From NCBI GenBank assembly GCA_044359815.1, contig JBIKLL010000053.1, positions 1 to 19,269 on the forward strand: 19,269 nt of DNA, written 5' to 3'. The notes beneath the pieces were generated by a model. The model searched no databases. It had not been told where the DNA came from and saw only the letters and a program-made list of their open reading frames with translations. This stretch comes from Pseudobdellovibrionaceae bacterium. Lineage in GTDB: Bacteria; Bdellovibrionota; Bdellovibrionia; Bdellovibrionales; Bdellovibrionaceae. The position numbers were made by a program, and so were the translations under genes. This document shows, in pieces, positions 1 through 6,703 of the stretch. Each line of letters opens with the position of its first letter. The stretch's first letter is position 1.

Positions 1-184
1 CGGAAATTTTAATTTCGGCAGATATCAAATGGGTGGGTTCCAAAATACCTGCAAATCGTTTTTTGGATTTCAGAGCACCCCTCGCAAAGGCTGCGACTCG
101 GCGGCCCTCGTCGGTCAGCATGTGGATCACTAAATCGGCTTCACCAGTTTTGATTTTTTTTAAAATAATAGCATTGGCTCGCAT
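1..184 (-). CDS. recO: DNA repair protein RecO, N-terminal part (runs off the left edge)
   Basis: Manual minus-strand translation from ATG at 184: MRANAIILKKIKTGEADLVIHMLTDEGRRVAAFARGALKSKKRFAGILEPTHLISAEIKIS, matching the RecO N-terminal OB-fold pattern (AIIL..GEAD..T.E.G...A.ARGA.KSK.RF.G.LEP). The ATG overlaps the upstream stop (TAATG). Not in the ORF track because it is truncated. Confidence 0.93.
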   Translation of the reverse strand, partial: MRANAIILKKIKTGEADLVIHMLTDEGRRVAAFARGALKSKKRFAGILEPTHLISAEIKIS

Positions 185-1122
185 TACAGATCTTGTATGC
201 CTTTGGCAGCCGCCTGTAAATCCTGGGGTTTGATTTTATCTAATGCGGCGGCATCCAAGATAACCATTCCCCTTAAAACTGGCTCGCTGATTGGCCCATC
301 CCACCAATCCTTGTAGTCCGCCATCAATCCCCAATGACAGGGGCTGGTAGTCACAGCCGCAGTTTGCGAAATTTTGTTTTTAGCCATCAGCCACTGTATC
401 ATGGCATCGGCATTGGCTTCGGTACTGTAAACCACTGCCCGATCAAAAATTCTGTGCTCAGTTTTTAAAAAAGCACTGAATCCCTGTGGAAGATTGCCTT
501 CAAAATCCAATACTGTTTGTTTGGAAATCATGGGGTTCAGATTTTTTTGGACCAATGCCAGGACCTGATCCTGTTCCCAGCTCATTTTGTGCGCCATCTG
601 CACTGCAGGTTTAAATCTGGAACCCAAAATAGCCACCGCCAATTGATCATCAATTGAGTTGATCAAACAAGTATAGGCAGAGGGTTCAGTTTTTAAGGAG
701 CCTGCGTGATGATCAACAATGATGTGATAAATCTTTTTGTCATTTAATGCTTTATCAATTGCTGCCAGATCGATGGTTTCAGCCGTGATTGGATGATTGG
801 CAAAACTGAGCACAAACAGTGTGTCTTTATTAAGACCTGAAATAAAATTTTTTGAATCCGCCAATGCCGATGAACCCACAGGTGTGATTTGAAATCCTTG
901 TTTAAAGAAATAAGGTGACACAAAATCAAAGGCAAAGGACCAACCCTTTACCCAAGTCAGACTGTTTTTGTATTCTAGAAACTGCGAAATCCCTGTGGTT
1001 AGCTCGTAAATCGCATGCGAAAGCCCTTTGTAACATCGAACTGGATTTTGAATTTTCAGAAATTCAGAAATATTTTGATTAGTTGATTCCCATTGATCCA
1101 ACCTGTTGATTTCAATCTTCAT
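184..1122 (-). CDS. Hypothetical protein, degenerate cysteine desulfurase / class-V aminotransferase-like fold
   Basis: 312-aa ORF. By-eye colinear similarity to IscS/NifS blocks: FFKQGFQITPV, TLFVLSFANHPITAE, HIIVD, AVTTSPC. No SxHK PLP-lysine motif at the expected position. Confidence 0.6.
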   Translation of the reverse strand: MKIEINRLDQWESTNQNISEFLKIQNPVRCYKGLSHAIYELTTGISQFLEYKNSLTWVKGWSFAFDFVSPYFFKQGFQITPVGSSALADSKNFISGLNKDTLFVLSFANHPITAETIDLAAIDKALNDKKIYHIIVDHHAGSLKTEPSAYTCLINSIDDQLAVAILGSRFKPAVQMAHKMSWEQDQVLALVQKNLNPMISKQTVLDFEGNLPQGFSAFLKTEHRIFDRAVVYSTEANADAMIQWLMAKNKISQTAAVTTSPCHWGLMADYKDWWDGPISEPVLRGMVILDAAALDKIKPQDLQAAAKGIQDL

Positions 1123-1205
1123 ATCTAAAATTGTCCCTCAATAAATTTGCATTGCCAATGTTTTGGATAGTTGTCTGCAGATGTCTGACACCCCCTGGGT
1201 TCAAA

Positions 1206-1221
1206 ATCTCATTCTGAGACA
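1206..1221. promoter_or_regulatory. Short dyad TCTCA-N3-TGAGA in a divergent promoter region, possible transcription-factor site
   Basis: aTCTCAttcTGAGAca, about 50 bp upstream of the candidate sigma54 element. Confidence 0.3.
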
Positions 1222-1269
1222 CTTTATGTGTTCTAAATCATTGTACCGATGTTGAGCTGGTCCTTGGTC

Positions 1270-1285
1270 AGGCCTATTGGTTGCT
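1270..1285 (+). promoter_or_regulatory. Candidate sigma54 (-24/-12) promoter for the cell-wall hydrolase gene
   Basis: AGGCCTATTGGTTGCT: GG(1271-1272)-N10-GC(1283-1284) with a TTGCT -12 box. The -24 box is imperfect versus TGGCAC. Confidence 0.35.
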
Positions 1286-1298
1286 AAGTATTACTGAT

Positions 1299-2687
1299 AT
1301 GGGGAAACTGCGTCTATTTATGTTAATCACTGCTGCAAGCCTGATAATGGGATCCAATGCCCACGCTAATTCCCTATGCGCTGATGGTAATCAGAGACAG
1401 AAAAAAACTCTGATAAAAAACGTTAATATCAGAGTGCAGAATTCGGATGGCAACCTAGAGCTGGATAACAGATACTTTACTTTGCCTGCTGGTACGGTGA
1501 TCAGTGTCTGTAACGACAGCACCAAGATATTAAGACCCAAATGGATTGAAAGCGACATGGGCACATTGAGGTCATCGACAAAATGGACTAATGATCACAG
1601 ACATCCGTTTTCATCAGATTTTAGGATTGAATCTGTGCCCGGTGGCTTTGGATATAAAGATTCAGACATAAAAGATATCAATGAAGGCGCAGCCAACGGC
1701 AGAAAATTTATTTCACGCAGTCCTTCGCTGTTTCCAGAAAACGATGCTGATCCTTCTGTGAATTCACCAAGCGGCAATACTGATGATGAAATCCCACCAG
1801 TCATTCCAGTGGAAGGTGGAGCGCCCTACACCCCACCGGTTCGTCAATCTGATGATCCTGAGTTGGGATCCGGCAGCCCTGGATCAGGTTCTGGTGCTGG
1901 TTCTGGTTCGTCGCCGTCAGCACCATTGCCGATGATTCCGCCGGAAAATACTGGGCAGGATAGTTATGAAACCGAAAGCACGGAATCATTCACTCCAACA
2001 ACGGGAGTCAGCAATCTAATGTTTGATACAGCTCAACCCAGTGAATTGGCAGAGCTTAACAAATTTGCGGGTTGTGAGACTTTGGCAAACGCCCAACCTG
2101 ACAGAGGGAAATTGCTTCAGTGTTCAGATTCGGTATCCAGATACTGTGGAAATAGATCTGGTTTGCAAGCTCGTAAAGTTTGTTTAATTAATTTAAAATC
2201 ACCAAGGCTTCGAGAATTTATTGCCTTAACAAAAACAGCCTATGGTGAAGCTGACCGAAGAATGAAACAACAAGATATGTTAGGAATTATGAAAGTTGTC
2301 GAAAACAGAGCTGGCAAATGCAGGACGCCCTCGAAAACCTGCGATCCATTGGCAATTGTGATGCAATACAAACAATTCTCGTTTTTTAATTCGGACCGAC
2401 TAGGTGGGACTCGAACCATTAAGGCGACTTCCAGTGATTCACATATGAGAAATGCGATTGATGCTTATTTGCGATTTCAAAATTCAACCTTTGGAGAAGG
2501 TTGGAACAATGTATTCCATTACCATGCGACCTATGTAGCTCCCAATTGGGCTCCAAAGATGAATCCATTGAATTTTGAGAGGGGCACTGTCAACGGATTA
2601 GAATTGAAAAGTCATGGCACTCATCATATCTTTTTGAGAAGCAGAGGATGGGGTCCGCATTCGTCATTCAGAATGTATACTAGATAA
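1299..2687 (+). CDS. Secreted cell-wall hydrolase with C-terminal SleB-like (Hydrolase_2) domain after a Pro/Gly/Ser/acidic linker
   Basis: Signal-peptide-like N-terminus MGKLRLFMLITAASLIMGSNAHA (ATG 1299 preferred to TTG 1281). C-terminal motifs ALTKTAYGEA (catalytic Glu), VVENR, IVMQYKQFS, FHYHATYVAPNWA and GTHHIF are typical of the SleB/CwlJ family. Confidence 0.85.
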   Translation: MGKLRLFMLITAASLIMGSNAHANSLCADGNQRQKKTLIKNVNIRVQNSDGNLELDNRYFTLPAGTVISVCNDSTKILRPKWIESDMGTLRSSTKWTNDHRHPFSSDFRIESVPGGFGYKDSDIKDINEGAANGRKFISRSPSLFPENDADPSVNSPSGNTDDEIPPVIPVEGGAPYTPPVRQSDDPELGSGSPGSGSGAGSGSSPSAPLPMIPPENTGQDSYETESTESFTPTTGVSNLMFDTAQPSELAELNKFAGCETLANAQPDRGKLLQCSDSVSRYCGNRSGLQARKVCLINLKSPRLREFIALTKTAYGEADRRMKQQDMLGIMKVVENRAGKCRTPSKTCDPLAIVMQYKQFSFFNSDRLGGTRTIKATSSDSHMRNAIDAYLRFQNSTFGEGWNNVFHYHATYVAPNWAPKMNPLNFERGTVNGLELKSHGTHHIFLRSRGWGPHSSFRMYTR

Positions 2688-2698
2688 AGGAACACAAG

Positions 2699-3211
2699 AT
2701 GCTTAAAGCAAGTATTTCAGCTATGAGTTTTCACAGGAAAAACCTAAGCATTTTATTAACTTCAGCCATTTTAGTTTTTGTATGTTCTTTGATTTTCGCA
2801 AATACTGTGTTCGCAAACACAGTTCGTGAAGAATGGAAAATTATTGGGGACTATCCCAATTATTCTTTGCAATTAAAAACAGATGCGAAGGTCAAAATTG
2901 CCCTGACCTCTGAAAACATAGTTCCTAAAATCGTAATGGTCATGCCGCATGAAAAACATCAAGACGTGGATTTGATCGTTTATTTTTCAGGACGGATAGG
3001 CACACGAGAAATGACCGACATTTATCATGCAGTCATGTACAACAATCGAACAAAAAAAATTATGGGTGTTGCGCCCTACAGAGTCACAGAAATGGGAAAA
3101 TTTAAAAAACTGCTCCCCAAAGATGAGCAACCAGCATGGAGCTCTGATCAAAAAAGTATAAAAGTCACCGTCCCTGACACCGGTGAAAAACAGTCCTTCG
3201 AGGTCAAATAG
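2699..3211 (+). CDS. Secreted/periplasmic hypothetical protein
   Basis: 170-aa ORF starting 11 bp after the hydrolase stop, with AAAGGA RBS. Basic plus hydrophobic signal-like segment ending in VFA. Confidence 0.8.
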   Translation: MLKASISAMSFHRKNLSILLTSAILVFVCSLIFANTVFANTVREEWKIIGDYPNYSLQLKTDAKVKIALTSENIVPKIVMVMPHEKHQDVDLIVYFSGRIGTREMTDIYHAVMYNNRTKKIMGVAPYRVTEMGKFKKLLPKDEQPAWSSDQKSIKVTVPDTGEKQSFEVK

Positions 3212-3440
3212 GGTCCTCGACCTTAGTGCTGACTATGATTTAGATTTTATAATTTTATTTTCCGTGCACCTTAGCCACTTTCGCAAAGGGTTGAGAACTT
3301 GTATTTGGCCAAAGGTCCTATGTTTAAATTTACCGAATGAAATTCAAAGATTTAACCGAAAAGTTCGCTGTGGTATTTTGAATTGCCGAAGGACGTATGG
3401 ATCTGCGGCGCCACTAATTTTTTCAGAAAAGGGCTTAGGC

Positions 3441-4073
3441 TTGAAACAGCTTTTGGCAGCACTGATTTTATTTTCAATGATTTGCACAGCAAATGCTGCC
3501 GAATCATCTAAAAAATCCGGTCGTAAGCCGGCCTCAGTCACAGCAGAAAAATCCAAAACCAAGAAAAAGAAATCCCAAAAATCATCAGGAATAAAAAAAG
3601 ATAATCAAAAATCAACCAGCAAGAAAAAAACTGTGACAGCAAAAAACGCTAAAACTAAAAAAACCATTCGCAGAATCACAAGCCAAGTGGCTAAAAAAAC
3701 AGGAATGGCTGAAGACCTAAGAAGCATTATCGAAGACATCAAAACAGTGCTGTTAAATGAAGCCATCAATTACCAAAAAAAGCTGGATTTTATTAATACC
3801 AAATCCACAGAAATAACTGAAATGCTGGATAATTCCGAGGGCAACACAGCTGAAATTGCTGAGCTTCATAGATTTTCAGACTTGGTAACTGCTCTGCAAG
3901 CATTGGACATCAAGGACTCAGGATTTGAATCAAGCTCTTGCGAACTGGCGATATCGGAGCTGCAAAAAAACAAGACCGTCGGCAACACCACTGAGCTTGA
4001 AAACCTGTACATCAACCCCTTGGTCGGCGAGCTTTCCGACATCCTCACTCGAGTCTGCAAAAAACCAAATTAG
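3441..4073 (+). CDS. Secreted hypothetical protein with Lys-rich N-terminal region and helical C-terminal domain
   Basis: Start re-assigned to in-frame TTG 3441 (MKQLLAALILFSMICTANA signal peptide, purine-rich AAAAGGG upstream), giving 210 aa. The ORF-track extension to 3183 overlaps the previous gene and does not look protein-like. Confidence 0.75.
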   Translation: MKQLLAALILFSMICTANAAESSKKSGRKPASVTAEKSKTKKKKSQKSSGIKKDNQKSTSKKKTVTAKNAKTKKTIRRITSQVAKKTGMAEDLRSIIEDIKTVLLNEAINYQKKLDFINTKSTEITEMLDNSEGNTAEIAELHRFSDLVTALQALDIKDSGFESSSCELAISELQKNKTVGNTTELENLYINPLVGELSDILTRVCKKPN

Positions 4074-4296
4074 AATTTTTTGTGGAATTATTTCTTTAAT
4101 TTTACACCTTGTGAATACTTGCTAACGGCCGCGGGCTCATCTCTCGTATTGAGTCATTTAGATTAATCAGTTTTCTGATTAATAAATTATCATAAAACTG
4201 ATTAATCTAAATGACTCAACACCAGATATGCCCCGCACGCTCGCAAATGTATTCACAAGATGTAAAATTAAAGAAATACTTCCATAGAAAATTCTA
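4071..4296. repeat. Long imperfect palindromic element, family A copy 1 (weak pairing continues to 4059-4308)
   Basis: Outer arms 4071-4118 / 4249-4296 (44 of 48 Watson-Crick pairs). Perfect 26-bp inner stem 4149-4174 / 4194-4219. GC-rich asymmetric segments lie between them. Homologous to 14951-15228 in inverted orientation. Confidence 0.95.
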
Positions 4297-4435
4297 GCTT
4301 GTTTTTTTTAAGAAGTTTTATAATCAATAACCGACTAGAAATTTGTAAGCTGAAAATAATTTTCCAAGGTACTTTTTCTATTTTTATGCCTTATGCAGCG
4401 AGCGCGCCACCGAGCCTCCCGACTGGCATCAACTC

Positions 4436-4595
4436 TGCAGAATTTAGTAATAAAAAAATGAGAACTTATTTAAAAGGGTTCTCCGCGGAGCCAGGATGGC
4501 GGGGGCGCAGCCCGAGCGATTTGAGTGGCGATATTAAATTAAGAGGCTGTAACCCTTTTAAGTAAGTTCTCATTTTTTTATTACTAAATTCTGCA
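4436..4595. repeat. Long inverted repeat (element B): 45-bp AT-rich arms around a 70-nt, largely GC-rich loop
   Basis: 4436-4480 is the reverse complement of 4551-4595 with a single T/G mismatch (4469/4562). The loop contains CTCCGCGGAG, GCCA-GGA-TGGC and GGGC-GCA-GCCC. Confidence 0.93.
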
Positions 4596-4619
4596 TGGCT
4601 GACCAGGGTAAGCTATGGC

Positions 4620-5147
4620 TCAGATGCCGTGGCGGTGGCGTTCTTCGTCGTCCAAGTGTGATTGAATGCCGCCCTTCAGTTGTGGCCGGTAAGCAAGCTT
4701 TTGGATATCATAAATAAAGTTTGTACCGCTTAAACCTGGAGTCTGCCATTCGGGACCCATTCTGACTGCATCCACTGGGCAAGCCTCTTCGCAATAACCG
4801 CAGAATACGCATCGGAGCATATCGATTTCGTAATGAATCGGATATTTTTCCACCGATGGATCCTCAGATTCAGCAGCGATAATTTTAATGCATTCAGCAG
4901 GGCAATTGGTCGCACACAACATACATGCCGTGCATCTCAAAGAACCATCTTTTTTGACTGTCAAAACATGGTTGCCCTTGAACCTTGGTGAATACTCAAA
5001 TTTTTGCTCGGGGTAATTGATGGTTAGCATTTGTCTTTTGTATAAAAGATTTCTGATCAAATGCTTTCCGGTAATCCACAAACCAACCAAAATCCCTGGC
5101 AAATACCACTTAGAAAGTTCAGAAGTGTTTTTTTGAACGACGCTCAT
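4620..5147 (-). CDS. nuoI: NADH-quinone oxidoreductase subunit I
   Basis: TINYPEQK...RFKG. Two CxxCxxCxxxCP motifs (CTACMLCATNCP, CVFCGYCEEACP). Confidence 0.96.
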   Translation of the reverse strand: MSVVQKNTSELSKWYLPGILVGLWITGKHLIRNLLYKRQMLTINYPEQKFEYSPRFKGNHVLTVKKDGSLRCTACMLCATNCPAECIKIIAAESEDPSVEKYPIHYEIDMLRCVFCGYCEEACPVDAVRMGPEWQTPGLSGTNFIYDIQKLAYRPQLKGGIQSHLDDEERHRHGI

Positions 5148-6703
5148 AAGCTGCCTCGCTTAAATACAAATTCGTTTTTCTTACGGTGCTCCAGCATAAC
5201 TGTGTCTTGTGGTCTTTCAGCTTCAACAAACAAATTCTTTTCTGGCTGTACCTGCAAATCCTGGCCAGTTACCAAAGCTGCAAACTGATCCAAACCTAAT
5301 GCTCCAGGAACAACAGATGTGACCTTTTTAAAGGTTTGCGCAATTCCGGCATGATTAACAAATGTTCCTGATTTTTCTGTATAAGACTTCATCGGGATAA
5401 TCATTGAGCCCTCTGGCAAAATATTAAGCTCGGCACATTTTGTTGATTGAAGCCAAATTACTTGTGAAGCCTTTGCTGCTAATTTGATTTTTTCATTCAA
5501 ATCAGGAAAATAATTTTTATTTTCAGGACCAGCAACGATCACAGTTTTAAAACTGCCTTTTTCAAAATCAGACCAATTGGTTTTAATTCCAAATTTAGTC
5601 AAAGCTGCCAATAACCCCTTAGTATTGGGATTTCGGTCACCACGTAACAAAATTCCGTCAAATTCTTCAGACTTTTCTTTGTTATTAAAATAATGAAACA
5701 CATTTTTTGTTCCAATAGTTTTAGTCACCATGGTTAAAAAGGCATCAAATTCTTCATTAGTATATTGGCCTGTTAAAACCACTGCCACTGAATCGCCCTT
5801 AAGTTTTCCGGAGAGCTCTTTGCTAGCCAAGGTAGCATCCATATCAACCCAAGCGCCGTTAACCTTCTTCTGAGCAGTTAAATTGCGAAACTCTTTGTTG
5901 ATGTACTTATAAACATCGCGACCTTCATCACACATCCAGTGTCCGTTTACCTTTTCGTTGTAAACAGGCTTAACCCTGAAAAACCCTTCTTTGTTGTAAT
6001 ACATTTTCACATTACAACCAGCACTGCAGCCGTTACACACAGTCTGAGAATCTTTCAAATACCAAACCCGCTGACGGAATCTGAAATCCTTAGAGGTCAA
6101 GGCTCCTACGGGGCAAATATCAACAGTGTTTACCGAATACTTATTGTTGAGCTTTTTACCCTCGACAGTGCCGATTTCGGATCGATCTCCACGATTAAAA
6201 ATCCCCAGTTCAGAAGTTTTGGGAACTTCGTCGCAGAAACGCACACACCGCGAACACAAAATACATCTTTCTGAATCCAAAACAATTGTTGGTCCCAAAT
6301 CAACGACCTTGTGTTTTTTAACTTTGCTTTCAGACATTTCAGGAGTGTATTTGCCAAATTCCATATACTGCTCTTGCAAACCACATTCACCCGCCTGATC
6401 ACATATCGGACAATCCAATGGATGATTGATCAAATGAAAATCCAATCCCCATTTTGCAGCGTCTTTAACTTTCGCAGAAGTGTTGTTGATTTTCATACCT
6501 TCGGTCACAACTGTATTGCAGGCAATTTGCAACCTAGGATTTCCTTCGATTTCAACCATGCACAGTCGACAGACTCCTGCCACGGTCAAACCTGGATGCC
6601 AGCAATAATGAGCAATTCTTTGTTTATTTTGAGTCATTGCTTCGATGATCGTAGTGCCAGCTTTAACCTCTAGCTCTACCCCATTAATGGTGCATTTGGG
6701 CAT
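5144..6703 (-). CDS. nuoG: NADH-quinone oxidoreductase subunit G (short form, 519 aa)
   Basis: CWH..AGVCRLC..IAC (N1b), HPLDCPICDQAGEC (N5), CILCSRC...CP (N4), CNGCSAGC...WMCDEGR (N7-type). Confidence 0.95.
   Translation of the reverse strand: MPKCTINGVELEVKAGTTIIEAMTQNKQRIAHYCWHPGLTVAGVCRLCMVEIEGNPRLQIACNTVVTEGMKINNTSAKVKDAAKWGLDFHLINHPLDCPICDQAGECGLQEQYMEFGKYTPEMSESKVKKHKVVDLGPTIVLDSERCILCSRCVRFCDEVPKTSELGIFNRGDRSEIGTVEGKKLNNKYSVNTVDICPVGALTSKDFRFRQRVWYLKDSQTVCNGCSAGCNVKMYYNKEGFFRVKPVYNEKVNGHWMCDEGRDVYKYINKEFRNLTAQKKVNGAWVDMDATLASKELSGKLKGDSVAVVLTGQYTNEEFDAFLTMVTKTIGTKNVFHYFNNKEKSEEFDGILLRGDRNPNTKGLLAALTKFGIKTNWSDFEKGSFKTVIVAGPENKNYFPDLNEKIKLAAKASQVIWLQSTKCAELNILPEGSMIIPMKSYTEKSGTFVNHAGIAQTFKKVTSVVPGALGLDQFAALVTGQDLQVQPEKNLFVEAERPQDTVMLEHRKKNEFVFKRGSL

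Noticed and set aside
33..233. 66-aa plus-strand ORF
   Set aside because: Antisense shadow of recO, which is clearly encoded on the minus strand.
1860..1925. GGTTCT/GGATCC-type repeats
   Set aside because: Simply encode the Gly/Ser linker of the hydrolase; not an independent DNA repeat.
3183..3440. N-terminal extension of the 296-aa ORF
   Set aside because: Overlaps the previous gene and precedes an obvious signal peptide starting at TTG 3441; treated as intergenic.
4086..4281. Calling family A 6S RNA
   Set aside because: The rod-with-bubble shape is superficially similar, but two dispersed copies with near-perfect AT-rich stems and copy-specific outer arms fit a repeat element better. Cannot be excluded without an Rfam search.
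4405..4548. Pairing of CGCCAC/AGCCTC (4405-4418) with GTGGCG/GAGGCT in element B's loop
   Set aside because: Only 6-bp matches in non-nested order; compatible with chance.
4299..4565. 88-aa ORF across the hairpin region as an element-encoded protein
   Set aside because: TTG start without RBS, runs through inverted-repeat arms, no transposase or toxin motif, and no equivalent at copy 2.
4071..4595. CRISPR array or integron attC interpretation of the repeats
   Set aside because: No direct repeat-spacer periodicity and no cas or integrase gene. The elements are longer than typical attC sites and lack RYYYAAC/GTTRRRY ends.
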